Positions 20,710-31,961 of a DNA stretch of 41,435 nt are shown piece after piece (position 1 is the stretch's first letter; each line of letters starts with the position of its first letter). The DNA is from an uncultured delta proteobacterium (GTDB taxonomy: Bacteria > Desulfobacterota > Syntrophorhabdia > Syntrophorhabdales > WCHB1-27), in contig CAWEPK010000018.1 in assembly GCA_963810935.1 (NCBI GenBank), forward strand, positions 1 through 41,435, read 5' to 3'. The notes beneath the pieces are model-generated. The model saw nothing but the letters and a program-made list of their open reading frames with translations. It had not been told where the DNA came from and searched no databases. The position numbers and the translations under genes were made by a program.

Positions 20710-21633
20710 ATGCACGTGGTGGCAATCGATGGCAAGGTCGTGGCCGTTGTGGGTCCGACGTGCACCGGGAAGTCCGATCTGGCTTTGCGGCTCGCGCCGG
20801 AGATAGGCGGCGAAATCGTCAATGCGGACTCCATGCAGGTCTACCGGCATTTCGACATAGGCACTGCAAAGCCGGATGCGGCTGCCAGGGCGGCCGTGGC
20901 GCATCACGTCATCGACATGGTCGAGCCTGACGAGGCGTTCAACGCGGCAGACTTCAAAAGGGCGGCCGACAACGCCATCGGACGGATATGGGCGCGGCGG
21001 GCCGTGCCGGTAGTCGTGGGCGGCACGGGCCTCTATCTCCGCGTACTCTTCCACGGCCTGTTCGAGGCGCCCGGCGATGCAGCGTTGCGCGAGGGACTCC
21101 GGCGCCGCTACCGGGAGGACCCGGCGGCCCTTTATGGGGAGCTTAAAGAAACCGACCCGGCATATGCCCGCTCGATCAGCCCGAACGACAGCCTCAGGAT
21201 AGTCAGGGCGCTGGAAGTTTACGGCGTGTCGGGCATCACCATGTCGGAATGGGGCAGGCGGCACGGTTTTCGCGAGGAAAGATACAACGCCTTTCGCATC
21301 GGCCTTGTGCGGGACAGGAACGAGTTGTATAAAAGGATCGACAAAAGGGTCGATGACATGCTGGAGTGCGGATGGATCGGCGAGGTAGAGGCCCTGCTCG
21401 CGCGTAACGGGGCTTTTGCCAAGCCCTTCCAGGGCATCGGCTACCGTGAGATAGTCCTGTATTTGGCGGGAGAAATCGGGTATGATGAGATGCTGCGCCG
21501 CATAAAGACGGCTACCCGGCGCTACGCGAAGCGGCAGCTCACCTGGTTTGCAAAAGAGAAGGGGATCGAGTGGCGCCGCTGGCCCGAAGAGCGCGCGGCC
21601 ATCTTCGATACGGTAAGGAGGTTTCTCGATTGA
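20710..21633 (+). CDS. miaA: tRNA dimethylallyltransferase
   Basis: GPTCTGKS, DSMQVYR, IGTAKP, VGGTGLY, RALEV, YAKRQLTW. Confidence 0.96.
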   Translation: MHVVAIDGKVVAVVGPTCTGKSDLALRLAPEIGGEIVNADSMQVYRHFDIGTAKPDAAARAAVAHHVIDMVEPDEAFNAADFKRAADNAIGRIWARRAVPVVVGGTGLYLRVLFHGLFEAPGDAALREGLRRRYREDPAALYGELKETDPAYARSISPNDSLRIVRALEVYGVSGITMSEWGRRHGFREERYNAFRIGLVRDRNELYKRIDKRVDDMLECGWIGEVEALLARNGAFAKPFQGIGYREIVLYLAGEIGYDEMLRRIKTATRRYAKRQLTWFAKEKGIEWRRWPEERAAIFDTVRRFLD

Positions 21634-22151
21634 CGGACCTTGAACGCATCCTGGAATCTATTATTTTTTCGTCCCCGAAGCCCGTAACGGTGAAGAGGCT
21701 CGAGAAAGGCATGCCGGAATTCACCGCCCTGGAGATCCAGTCGGCCCTCGAAGGACTGCTGGCCCAATATACCGCCTCCGATCGCTCCGTAGAGATCGTC
21801 GAGGTCTCGGGCGGCTATCAGATGAGGACGAAGACCGCCTGCAAGGAATGGGTAAAGCGGTTCGTAAGAGAGAAAGAAGTGGGGCTTTCCAAGGCCATCC
21901 TGGAGACGCTCTCGGTCGTCGCCTACCGGCAGCCGATAGCAAAGCGCGAGATCGACACCCTGCGCGGTGTTGATTCGTCCCGCTCGATCAGGCTGCTACT
22001 CGACCGCAGGCTGATCGAGATGGCCGGAAGGAACGACGACCCGGGGCATCCCATGGTTTTCCGCACTACCAAGACGTTCCTGGAGACGTTCGGCCTACGG
22101 GACATTTCCGACCTCCCGACCCTGAAGGAGCTCGAAGCGCTCGAAAAGTAA
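21630..22151 (+). CDS. scpB: SMC-Scp complex subunit ScpB
   Basis: ILESIIF, EVSGGYQMRT, LETLSVVAYRQP, RGVDS, TTKTFLETFGL..LP; TTG start overlaps the miaA stop. Confidence 0.92.
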   Translation: MTDLERILESIIFSSPKPVTVKRLEKGMPEFTALEIQSALEGLLAQYTASDRSVEIVEVSGGYQMRTKTACKEWVKRFVREKEVGLSKAILETLSVVAYRQPIAKREIDTLRGVDSSRSIRLLLDRRLIEMAGRNDDPGHPMVFRTTKTFLETFGLRDISDLPTLKELEALEK

Positions 22152-22218
22152 GGAAAGCGCAAAACCCCGCCTTCACAAACCGTAAAGAGTGCTTAATTTT
22201 CGAGGAGGAGGCAACACC

Positions 22219-22707
22219 ATGAGCGATAACGCCATACTCCGTAAGGAATTGACCGCACTCTTAGACGGCGGCAACGCCCACATGGACTTTGACGAAACCG
22301 TCGCGGGCTTCCCCATGGACGAGATCAACAGGAACGTCCCGCACGCCGGCTACAAGGTCTGGCACATCCTGGAGCATATGAGGGTAGTCCAATGGGACAT
22401 CCTCGAATTCATCAAGAACCCCGGTCACGTCTCGCCGGAATTCCCCGACGGCATCTGGCCCAGGAAGGGGGAGAAGGCGACACCGGCGCAATGGGAGAAG
22501 ATCGTAAAAGCGATCCTCAAAGACTTGAAGGCCCTCAAAGAGATCGCGTCGAACCCGAAGACGGACTTCTTCGGCCCCATCCCCCACGCGAAAGACTATA
22601 CCGTCTTCCGCGAGCTGGTCCTGGCAGCGGACCATAACGCTTTCCACATAAGCGAGTTGATCACCATCCGCCGCGTCCTGAACCTTAATCCTGTGAAGGA
22701 GTACTGA
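22219..22707 (+). CDS. DinB/YfiT-like family protein
   Basis: GGNAH, WHILEHMR, DHNAFH His triad; strong SD GAGGAGG. Confidence 0.82.
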   Translation: MSDNAILRKELTALLDGGNAHMDFDETVAGFPMDEINRNVPHAGYKVWHILEHMRVVQWDILEFIKNPGHVSPEFPDGIWPRKGEKATPAQWEKIVKAILKDLKALKEIASNPKTDFFGPIPHAKDYTVFRELVLAADHNAFHISELITIRRVLNLNPVKEY

Positions 22708-22775
22708 GGAGACGCCGGCGCAACGCGCCATCCCGGCCCTTTCCGGGACGGCGCTTCTTCTTTCTATCCCTGCTG

Positions 22776-22784
22776 TGCTATAAT
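22776..22784 (+). promoter_or_regulatory. Extended -10 promoter element
   Basis: TGCTATAAT about 30 nt upstream of ATG 22816. Confidence 0.45.
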
Positions 22785-22815
22785 CCGGAAAACCTCGTTT
22801 GAAGGGGGCGACAGC

Positions 22816-24840
22816 ATGAGACAACTAGGCGCGGCCTGCCGTTTTTTTCTGCTTTGCCTTGTATTCCTCTTTTTCGGCCCTTATGCATTCGGGCAGCCGG
22901 CGGCGCCGGGCGCGACCGCCATACCGGGGACGCGCGTCAAACCGGGTGAGTTTGTCATAGAGCCGCCCACACTCATCAACCTCGGTTTCGAATGGTACGT
23001 GGAGGGCGATGACAACAGGAACGCGACGGTCGATGTGCAGTACCGAAAGAAGGGCGAAGCAGCCTGGAGGAAGGGGCTGCCGCTATTGCGTATAAAGAAC
23101 GAGGTGTCGCGGGTCAGGCACGGCAGCGTGAACTCCACAGTCGGCGAGTGGCGCTATGTTGCGCCCAATATGTTCGCAGGGAGCATCTTCGATCTGGCGC
23201 CGGACACCGAATACGACTGCATATTCACCATGTCCGATCCTGACGGCATCGTCGGAGCCGGGGCAGTCAAGACCGTCACTGTGCGGACCCGGCCCGAGCC
23301 CAAGCCGTACGCGGGCGGCCACGTCTTCCACGTCTATCCCTTCGGATACAAGGGACCAAAAATAGAGCCGGCGTTTACCGGGATACTCGATGCCTACTAT
23401 ACCGGCTACGGGCATTACGACTGGAACAAGGCGTCCGCGCCGCGCGTCGTCCCGGGCGATACGATACTCGTTCACGCGGGTGTCTATAAGGATGACCGCT
23501 TCCGCTACCTTTCCGCCAAGGGCTACGGCACGCCTTTCGACGGGACTTACTACCTGACCGTCAGCGGGACGCCCGAGAAGCCGATCGCGATAAAAGCGGC
23601 GGGCGACGGCGAGGTCATTTTCGACGGCGGCGGATGCCACAATCTTTTTAACATGATGGGTGCGAGTTACAATTATTTCGAGGGCCTTACCATCCGCAAC
23701 ACCGATGTCGCCTTCTGGGCGGGCATTAAGAACGTGGCAGGGTCGAGCGGCCTGACGGTTAAGCGGTGCCGCTTCGAGAACGTAGGCGCGGGCGTCTGGA
23801 CCGAGTATTCGGGTTCAAAGAATTTCTATATAGCGGACAACGTCATGATCGGCAGGGAAAACCCCGACTACCTCATGGGGTGGACCAGATCGCCGTGGGA
23901 TAAGCTGCCCGGCTTCCCCGCGACCATCGACTCTTATTTCGGAGTAAAGGTTTACGGGTCCGGCCACGTCGTCTGCCACAATTACGTGACCCGGTTCCAC
24001 GACGGGATCGACTTCGACACGTACGGCCTGCCGGACGGCTATCCGGACACGCCGCGCGACAGGATGCCCGTCTCAAACGATTTCTATAACAACGATGTGA
24101 CGCACGTAGGGGATAATTGCTTCGAGGCCGACGGCTCGTTGCACAACATGCGGGTAATGCGCAACCGCTGTATGAACAGCACCCAGCAAGCCACGAGCAA
24201 CCAGCCCACCTTCGCCGGGCCGACTTACCATATAAGGAACATCGCGTACAACAACTGGACGGGCTCCGTAAAATGGAACTTCTCGCAGGGTGCCATTTAT
24301 TACCACAATACGTTCTGCTCAGGCGTCCACGCCCTTTCCTCGGGAGGCAGCAACGAGGGGGCCAACTTCCATTTCAGGAACAACCTGATCCTGGGTCAGA
24401 TGCCCGGCAGGATACTCTTTGACGTGGGGACGTTTACAAACTATTCGACGTCGGACTATAACGGCTTCCGCCCGAACGATGGCGCCCGGTTCTCGTTCCA
24501 GTGGAACTCTCCGCCCGCAAGCGTACAGTCGGAATACGACAAGCCGACATTAGTGCGCAAATTCGCTACGCTCGCGGCTTACAGCGAAGCCACCGGCCAG
24601 GACAGGCACAGCAGGCTTGTCGACTGGAGCGTCTTCAAAAAGGCAATTCCGCCTGACAATACCAAACCGACCACGCTTTACAGAGCGGAGGATTATGATT
24701 TCAGCCTGAGGGATGGAGGGGCCGCAATAGACGGAGGCTGCGTGCTCCCCAACGTCAACGACGGCTTCGAGGGGGCAGCTCCGGATCTGGGCGCACTGGA
24801 GTCGGGCCTGCCAGCTCCCGTTTACGGGCCACGGCCGTAA
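22816..24840 (+). CDS. Secreted right-handed beta-helix (pectin-lyase-fold) protein with Fn3-like N-terminal region
   Basis: Signal peptide; LAPDTEY Fn3-like motif; PGDTILVHAGVY, GTPEKPIAIKA, Asn-ladder repeats; C-terminal AIDGG...PDLGALE. Confidence 0.7.
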   Translation: MRQLGAACRFFLLCLVFLFFGPYAFGQPAAPGATAIPGTRVKPGEFVIEPPTLINLGFEWYVEGDDNRNATVDVQYRKKGEAAWRKGLPLLRIKNEVSRVRHGSVNSTVGEWRYVAPNMFAGSIFDLAPDTEYDCIFTMSDPDGIVGAGAVKTVTVRTRPEPKPYAGGHVFHVYPFGYKGPKIEPAFTGILDAYYTGYGHYDWNKASAPRVVPGDTILVHAGVYKDDRFRYLSAKGYGTPFDGTYYLTVSGTPEKPIAIKAAGDGEVIFDGGGCHNLFNMMGASYNYFEGLTIRNTDVAFWAGIKNVAGSSGLTVKRCRFENVGAGVWTEYSGSKNFYIADNVMIGRENPDYLMGWTRSPWDKLPGFPATIDSYFGVKVYGSGHVVCHNYVTRFHDGIDFDTYGLPDGYPDTPRDRMPVSNDFYNNDVTHVGDNCFEADGSLHNMRVMRNRCMNSTQQATSNQPTFAGPTYHIRNIAYNNWTGSVKWNFSQGAIYYHNTFCSGVHALSSGGSNEGANFHFRNNLILGQMPGRILFDVGTFTNYSTSDYNGFRPNDGARFSFQWNSPPASVQSEYDKPTLVRKFATLAAYSEATGQDRHSRLVDWSVFKKAIPPDNTKPTTLYRAEDYDFSLRDGGAAIDGGCVLPNVNDGFEGAAPDLGALESGLPAPVYGPRP

Positions 24841-24963
24841 GGCAGCCGGAGGCTCGTCGGGCGCGGAAGGCCGGGTCCGAAACTGCAATTATCGGCACAA
24901 AAAAACGGAAAATTGTTGTATACTGTCGGTGAGCGGTTTTCGCCCATTATCGCCCTATGAGGA

Positions 24964-26646
24964 GTGAAGATGCCTGTTGACGCCCCGCCTACCGACTTTA
25001 TCCGGGAAATCATCGACGATGACCTCGCGACGAAGAAGCACGAGCGAGTAGCAACCCGGTTCCCCCCGGAGCCGAACGGCTATCTGCACATCGGCCACGC
25101 CAAGTCCGTCTGCCTCAATTTCGGCATCGCCGGACAGTACAAAGGCACTTGCAACCTTCGTATGGACGATACGGACCCGAGCGGGGAATCGCTTGAATTC
25201 GTCGAATCGATCATAACGGACGTCCGCTGGCTCGGCTTCGACTGGGACAACCGGCTTTTCTACGCCTCTGATTATTACGGGCGGCTTTACGACTGGGCGG
25301 TCGCCCTCATCAAATTGGGCAAGGCGTACGTCTGCGACCTGAGCCCCGATCAGATCCGCGCGTACAGGGGCACCCTAACCGAGCCGGGCAAGGACAGCCC
25401 GTTCAGGACGCGCTCCGTAGAGGAGAACCTCGACCTCTTTCAGCGGATGCGGGCGGGCGAGTTCGAAGACGGCAGCCGCGTGCTCCGCGCCAAGATCGAC
25501 ATGGCGTCGCCCAATGTCGTAATGCGCGACCCGATCATCTTCCGCATCAAGCGCGTATCCCACTACCGCACGGGGACAGAGTGGATCATCTATCCGATGT
25601 ACGACTTCGCCCATTGCCTGTCCGACTACATCGAAAACATCACGCACTCCATCTGCACCCTGGAGTTCGAGAATAACCGCCCCCTTTACGACTGGGTCCT
25701 TGACCAGCTCGTAGAAGGCGAGCGTCCCCGGCAGATAGAATTTGCCCGCCTCAATGTCAGCTACACAATCCTCAGCAAGCGCAGGCTCATCGAGCTCGTC
25801 GAGAAGAAGCACATGGCAGGCTGGGACGACCCGCGCATGCCCACCGTCGCCGGCATGAGGCGCAGGGGCTACACGCCCGAGGCGGTCAGGGCCTTCTGCG
25901 CGAAGATCGGCGTAGCCAAGAACGAGAACCTTGTCGATATCGGCCTCCTCGAGCACTGTGTGCGCGAAGACCTGAACGAGCGGGCGCCCAGAGTAATGGG
26001 CGTGCTCCACCCTCTGAAACTCGTCATCGATAACTACCCGGAAGGTCAGACAGAAGAGATGGAGTGCGCCAACCACCCGCAAAAGCCGGAAATGGGAAAC
26101 CGCAAAGTGCCTTTCTCCAGGGTCCTTTACATCGAAAGGGAAGATTTCGACGAGAACCCACCCAAGAAATACAAGAGGCTGTCGCCGGGACGTGAGCTAA
26201 GGCTGCGGAGCGCCTACGTGATAAAGTACGCGGGCGTCGTCAAAGACGAGGTGACGAGCGAGGTCAAAGAGGTCCATTGCACCTACGACCCCCAGACGCA
26301 AAACGCCCCGCCTGCGGACGGCCGCAAGGTAGAAGGCGTAATCCATTGGGTGGCCGCCGAGACTTCCGTACCTGCGGAGGTCCGCTTGTACGACAGGCTT
26401 TTCACGGTACCGGAGCCGATGGGCGTGAAAGGCGACGCCCTCGACTACCTGAACCCCGGCTCGCTCGAAGTCCTCGACGGCTGCCGGGTGGAACCGTGCC
26501 TTGCCTCGGCTGCGCCGGGAAGCACGTACCAGTTTGAGAGGACCGGTTATTTCTGCGTAGACGCAAAGGACTCGTCCCCGGGCAAGCTCGTCTTCAACCG
26601 GGTCGTGCCGCTGCGCGATTCCTGGGCAAAGATAGCGGGACAATAG
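24964..26646 (+). CDS. glnS: Glutamine--tRNA ligase
   Basis: [42 protein letters not shown]. Confidence 0.96.
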   Translation: MKMPVDAPPTDFIREIIDDDLATKKHERVATRFPPEPNGYLHIGHAKSVCLNFGIAGQYKGTCNLRMDDTDPSGESLEFVESIITDVRWLGFDWDNRLFYASDYYGRLYDWAVALIKLGKAYVCDLSPDQIRAYRGTLTEPGKDSPFRTRSVEENLDLFQRMRAGEFEDGSRVLRAKIDMASPNVVMRDPIIFRIKRVSHYRTGTEWIIYPMYDFAHCLSDYIENITHSICTLEFENNRPLYDWVLDQLVEGERPRQIEFARLNVSYTILSKRRLIELVEKKHMAGWDDPRMPTVAGMRRRGYTPEAVRAFCAKIGVAKNENLVDIGLLEHCVREDLNERAPRVMGVLHPLKLVIDNYPEGQTEEMECANHPQKPEMGNRKVPFSRVLYIEREDFDENPPKKYKRLSPGRELRLRSAYVIKYAGVVKDEVTSEVKEVHCTYDPQTQNAPPADGRKVEGVIHWVAAETSVPAEVRLYDRLFTVPEPMGVKGDALDYLNPGSLEVLDGCRVEPCLASAAPGSTYQFERTGYFCVDAKDSSPGKLVFNRVVPLRDSWAKIAGQ

Positions 26647-26732
26647 GACGCGCGCGCTAAAAAGAACGCTCCTATGCCTGTCGCCTCCCGTAAGGGCGAG
26701 GCAGACGAGGGCAAGCACAACTTACGACGGCT

Positions 26733-28857
26733 ATGAAAAACATCTTCCGCGAGCTGGACCCTATCTTCCACCCCAGGTCCGTTGCGCTCATCGGCGCGTC
26801 AGCCAAACAGGCCAAGGTCGGCCGCCTCTTTATGGATTCTTTTATAGATTCCGGGTTCCGGGAGTCTGTACCCGGTGAACCCCGGCGAGCGCGAGATCCT
26901 CGGTTTTCCGGCTTACCCTTCCGTACTTGCCATACCCCACCCGGTCGATATGGCCGTCGTCGTCACACCGACTGCGGCAGCCCCTGGCGCAGTCAGGGAA
27001 TGCGTCGCAAAAGGCGTCAGGACGATAATCATCAATACGGCAGGTTTCGCTGAGGCCGGCCCTAAAGGTAAGGCGGTCCAGGAAGAGATGGCGGCCTTCG
27101 CGCGGGTGGGCGGTGCGCGCCTGATAGGGCCGAACTGCATAGGCATTTACTGCCCCGCGTCCAGGTTGCCCTTTCTGATGCACCCCGGCATGGCGCCGGG
27201 CCCTGTCGGCCTCGTATCCCAGAGCGGCTTCTTTGCCGATCACCTCACCATCGTCGCAACCGGAAACGGCGTCAATTTCAGCAAGGCGATAAGCTGCGGC
27301 AACGAGTCGGACCTTAACGCGATCGATTTCCTCCGCTATCTGGGCGAAGACCCGGAAACCCGCACGGTCGTCGCCTACATTGAAAGCATAAAGGACGGCC
27401 GCGCTTTCTACGACGCAGCGCGGGCGATATCGTTGAAAAAACCGGTCATACTTTTGCGAGGCGGCCTGACTGAAGGCGGCGCGCGGGCGGCTGTCTCCCA
27501 CACCGGAGCCCTTGCAGGCGCACGTGCCGTATGGGAAGGCGCAGTGCGCCATGCAGGCATAGTCACGGCCCGCAGCTTCGAGGACGTCCTCGACTGCCTC
27601 TATGCCTTCCATCTCCAGCCCCTGCCCGCAGGCAACCGCATGGGCATAATCAGCGCACCCGGCGGCATAGCCGTGACTACGACGGACGCCTGCCTGGAAA
27701 TGGGCCTTGCCGTGCCCCAATTTACGCAAGCCACCGCAAATAAGCTGCGCGCCTCGATGCCGCTGGTCGGCGGGAGCGTGGCAAACCCTATCGACCTGTC
27801 GCTGGCCTCCGTCCTGGGGCCGCACGTGTACAGGGACGCACTCAGGATACTCCTCGACGAGAGGAACGTCGATATGCTGCTTGTCGTCTCGGTCGCTGGA
27901 GGCGAGATCCTTCGGGACCTGCTGGCCGAGGCTGAAACCGGCCGGCACAAGAAAAAACCGATAGCCGTGGCTGTAATGTCAGGGGCAGCCGACGCTGTTG
28001 CCCGTGATTGCCGTCTGCTGGTGCAGGCGGGCATCCCCGCCTATCCCGACGCCTTGCGGGCGGCAAAGGCGCTGCGCAGCATGTGGGAGTATGCGCACTT
28101 CAAAAAGCACGCTGCGCGAAGGCAACCGGACGACGGGCAAAAAGGCGCGGCCCCGGCGCGCGGGCACGGCAGCCAGGCCGCAAGGTCCGTTATCAAGAAG
28201 GCCGCGGCGGAAGGAAGAACGCGGCTATCCGGCCATGAATCGACGGAAATACTGCGGGCATACGCTATTCCCACGGCAAGAGAGATCGAGACGACCGGCC
28301 TGAGCGGTTTTCGCCGGGCCTGCACAGAAATCGGCTTTCCGCTGGCAGTCAAGGCAACGGGCGCGGACGTCGCGCACAAGACGGAACAAGGGCTCGTCTA
28401 CGTCAATATAGCGAACGCGAAAGAGGCGCTGGCTGCCTACAGGCAGATCGTTAATAAGCGAAAAGGGAGAAATAGATCGGTGCTCGTCCAGGAAATGGTG
28501 GGCGGCGCGCGCGAGCTTATCGCCGGCATGGTCAGAGACTCCGTTTTCGGCCCCTGCGTGATGGTCGGGCTGGGCGGCGTCTTTAGCGAAGCCCTGGCAG
28601 ACAAGTCTTTCAGGGCGGCGCCCGTGAGTAGAGATGAGGCGCTCGACATGCTTGGCGAGCTGAAAGGGCGCGCCATCCTCGGTCCTTTCCGGGGGATGCC
28701 CGCCTGCGATACCGACAGCATCGCCGATATCATCGTAAAAGTGGCTGCCATCGGCTGCGAGCAGCCGGAGATCGCAGAGATCGACATCAATCCGCTGATA
28801 ATCTCCGGTGCAGCGCCCGTAGCCGTCGACGCGCTCATAGTGCTTGACGGCGGGTAA
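26733..28857 (+). CDS. Acetate/acyl-CoA ligase (NDP-forming) family, fused alpha-beta; probable indel near 26865
   Basis: PRSVALIGAS in the 26733 frame joins LYPVNP, IGPNC, SQSG, SHTGALAG, NPID, HKTE and DINPL in the 26875 frame. Confidence 0.88.
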
Positions 28858-28910
28858 GTGCAACCGGTCGAGCCGTTGAAAATCCCGCCCTTTTCATAGT
28901 AGATTAGCGT

Positions 28911-30059
28911 ATGATTCCGTCCCTGGATGACCCACAGCGCAAAACACTTCTTATCTACGGGGCTGAGCTTACAGCCGCCCAGTATTCCGAGCTCCATCCG
29001 TTCAGGCATGAAAGAGCGGCTGTCTTTCGCGAGCTTCTCCACAGGTATTACGACCTCAAGAGCATAGCAGTGGAATCGCCCGCGCCGATCAACGAAGAGC
29101 TCTTGTACCTGTTTCATACCAGACAGTACATCGAGCTTCTGAAAAAAGCGGATAAGGGCGAATTCGACCGGGCCATGCTCGACGCCGGCCTCGGCACGGA
29201 TGACAACCCTGTCTTCAGGGGTATGTTTCGCACGTTGCTTTTGATAGCGGGCGGCACGTACCGTGGGGCCATGGCCCTTGCAGAAGGAGAGGCGCAAACT
29301 GTCTTCGATCCGCTTGCAGGCCTCCACCACGCAAGACCAGACCACGCCTCCGGCTTCTGCTATGTTAACGATATAGCCGTGGCAATGACGGCCCTCGTGC
29401 GCATGGGTCTGCGGGTCGCATCCGTAGATATCGACGTGCACCATGGAGACGGGGTGCAGGAAGCCTTTTACGGGACGGAACGCGCTCTCACGATCTCATT
29501 CCACGAGTACGGCGCAGCGTTCTTTCCAATGACGGGCTCGGAGATAGAGACGGGCATCGGGCGCGGCACGGGATATAATGTAAACATACCTTTGAGGGCC
29601 GGGACGGACGATGATGTTTACGTTCCCGCTTTCGAAGCGATAGTCCCGCCGCTGCTCGGGGCCTTTAAGCCGGACGTGGTGTTCGCGCAGATAGGGGGTG
29701 ACCTGCATCGGGAGGACCCGCTCGCGCACCTCAATGTAACGGCCAACGGCTACAAGAGGGTCGTAGAGGCAATAGTGGCCGCCTCTCCGAAACTGATTGC
29801 GATGGGCGGAGGGGGATATAATGTTTATAAGACTGCCGCGCTCTGGGCGGTCGCCTGGTCCGTCCTGTCCGGCACTGCGCCGGAAGACAAGTTCACGGGC
29901 CTCGTCGGCGGCATGATGTACGGCCCGGAGGTAACGACGGGCCAGCTCGACGAGCCAGCCTTCGTATTGAACGGCGTCGAAAAAGAGCTTTGCGCGGACC
30001 GGGCGGCCCGCGCAGTCAACTACATAAAGGAAAACGTTTTCCCGGTCCACGGCATTTGA
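28911..30059 (+). CDS. Zn-dependent histone deacetylase family protein (AcuC-like)
   Basis: HPF, GLHHA, GFCYVND, DIDVHHGDG, SFH, DPL, GGGGY. Confidence 0.92.
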   Translation: MIPSLDDPQRKTLLIYGAELTAAQYSELHPFRHERAAVFRELLHRYYDLKSIAVESPAPINEELLYLFHTRQYIELLKKADKGEFDRAMLDAGLGTDDNPVFRGMFRTLLLIAGGTYRGAMALAEGEAQTVFDPLAGLHHARPDHASGFCYVNDIAVAMTALVRMGLRVASVDIDVHHGDGVQEAFYGTERALTISFHEYGAAFFPMTGSEIETGIGRGTGYNVNIPLRAGTDDDVYVPAFEAIVPPLLGAFKPDVVFAQIGGDLHREDPLAHLNVTANGYKRVVEAIVAASPKLIAMGGGGYNVYKTAALWAVAWSVLSGTAPEDKFTGLVGGMMYGPEVTTGQLDEPAFVLNGVEKELCADRAARAVNYIKENVFPVHGI

Positions 30060-30101
30060 TGGCCGTCGGGCAGGGGCTTTTTTCGGGGACAGGTCGCAAA
30101 C

Positions 30102-30947
30102 ATGGCTGATTACTTTGCAGGGCTTGATATCGGCTCGACAATGACGAAGGCGGTCATCCTGGCAGGCGAGACCATGATCGCCTCCGTGATCGGCCCTACG
30201 GGACCGGAGCACCGCAGGCTGGCCGGACGCGTGATTGAAGAGGCGCTTCGAAAAGCCGGCATCGCCTTCGGCGACCTCGCCTTTGTCGTAGCTACCGGGT
30301 ACGGAAGGATAAATGTTCCCTTCGCGGACAGACAGGTCACGGAAATCACATGCCACGCAAGGGGTCTTCACAGCCTTCTGCCTTCCGCGCGTACTGTAGT
30401 GGACATAGGCGGGCAGGACAGCAAAGGCATCAAGATAAAGGACGGCAAGGTCGCGGGCTTCGTCATGAACGACAAGTGCGCGGCCGGCACGGGCCGATTC
30501 CTGGACGTTATCGCGGAGGCGCTGGGCGTCCCCCTCGAAAAGTTGGGTGAGCTGTCGCTTTCCGCGGACAAACCGGCCGAAATCAGCAATACCTGCACGG
30601 TCTTCGCCGAGCACGAGGTCACGAGCAAACTTGCGGCGGGTGAGAGCATCCCCAATCTCATAGCAGGCATCCACGACGCAATAGCCGTGCGCATTTACGC
30701 CCTCGTCGCAAAGCTTAAGATAGAGCCGGATATTGCGGTAACGGGCGGGGGGGCAAAAAACGTAGGGCTCGTCAAAGCACTGGAAGCGAGGTTCGGCTGT
30801 CCCCTCCTTGTCCCGCCGGAGCCGCTTTTGACCGGCGCACTCGGCGCAGCCCTCATCGGAAGGTCTACCTTCGATGGCGCAGTCAAGAAGGGCGAGGCGC
30901 CCAAAAGGAGCGGCGCAGGGCTCACGGAGGCGACGTTTTTCTCGTAA
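30102..30947 (+). CDS. CoA-substrate-specific enzyme activase (HgdC/BcrAD/BadFG ASKHA family)
   Basis: GLDIGST, ATGYGR, EITCHA, DIGGQDSK, MNDKCAAGTG, CTVFAE. Confidence 0.92.
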   Translation: MADYFAGLDIGSTMTKAVILAGETMIASVIGPTGPEHRRLAGRVIEEALRKAGIAFGDLAFVVATGYGRINVPFADRQVTEITCHARGLHSLLPSARTVVDIGGQDSKGIKIKDGKVAGFVMNDKCAAGTGRFLDVIAEALGVPLEKLGELSLSADKPAEISNTCTVFAEHEVTSKLAAGESIPNLIAGIHDAIAVRIYALVAKLKIEPDIAVTGGGAKNVGLVKALEARFGCPLLVPPEPLLTGALGAALIGRSTFDGAVKKGEAPKRSGAGLTEATFFS

Positions 30948-30972
30948 GTGAAAGGTAAATAAGGGCTGATAG

Positions 30973-31743
30973 ATGCGTTACACGCTTGGAATCGATATAG
31001 GATCGGGTTTTTCGAAGGCGGTCGTACTGGCGGACGGCTCCGTCCTTGGAAGCGCCGTTACGCCTTCCGGTGGAAGTTACAGGCAGGCGGCCGAGGCCGT
31101 CAGGGACGCGGCCCTCGCAAAAGCAGGCATCTCCGCTGCCGACCTAGCATCGACCACGGCGACGGGCTGCGGAGCAGGCGCTGTGGAATTCGCCGGCAGG
31201 TCGATCACGGACATCTCGTGCCACGCCGCCGGCGTCCACTACCTTTTTCCATCGGCAAGGACCGTCGTCGACATAGGCGCGCAGTTCAGCAAGGCAATCA
31301 GCGTAGACGCCAACGGCAACATCACGAATTTCGTCCTGAACGAGAAGTGCGCCGGGGGCAGCGGCAGGTTCCTGCAGGTAATCGCGCGCATCCTGCATAT
31401 CGACGTCGAGGAGATCGGGCCGTTATCGATGGGGGCTAAGAACCCCGTCGAGTTTACCACCGGCTGCGCCGTCTTCGCGGAATCGGAGGCGGTGTCGCGC
31501 ATCGCAGAAGGGGCGTCCGCAGCAGACATCCTCGCAGGCGTCCACAGGGCGATGGCCTCCAAGATCGCCAACCTGGTGACCCGCGTGGGTCTCGCGAGAG
31601 ACCTCGTAGTAACGGGCGGGGGCGCGAACGATACGGGCCTCGTGCGGGCAGTCGCGGCCGCGCTGGGGGCCGACGTACTGACGCCCGAAGAGCCGCAGGT
31701 GACGGCCGCGCTCGGGGCCGCCCTGATCGCTGAACGCGGATAA
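30973..31743 (+). CDS. Second activase paralog (BcrAD/BadFG family) with diverged motifs
   Basis: GIDIGS, DISCHA, DIGAQFSK, NEKCAGGSG, CAVFAESE. Confidence 0.9.
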   Translation: MRYTLGIDIGSGFSKAVVLADGSVLGSAVTPSGGSYRQAAEAVRDAALAKAGISAADLASTTATGCGAGAVEFAGRSITDISCHAAGVHYLFPSARTVVDIGAQFSKAISVDANGNITNFVLNEKCAGGSGRFLQVIARILHIDVEEIGPLSMGAKNPVEFTTGCAVFAESEAVSRIAEGASAADILAGVHRAMASKIANLVTRVGLARDLVVTGGGANDTGLVRAVAAALGADVLTPEEPQVTAALGAALIAERG

Positions 31744-31961
31744 ACCTTTCTTTTTCGGAATTAATTCATTTCGTCCCCTTCCCTTACGGACCGGCAGGCA
31801 CACGTGAAGCTTTAAAGGGCGAAGAGGACACCCGCATCCACCCCCCTTTATCCTTGACACAGAGCGGAAACCAGTTGTATTCTCTCTGGAAAAGCCGTCT
31901 CCGGAAAACCTTCTAATGCGAAGCCGCCGGATCGGTGAAACGACCCGTAAGGAGGGTTGTC

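Noticed and set aside
26647..26732. Hairpin after glnS as a possible riboswitch
   Set aside because: Single imperfect stem with no recognisable aptamer motif.
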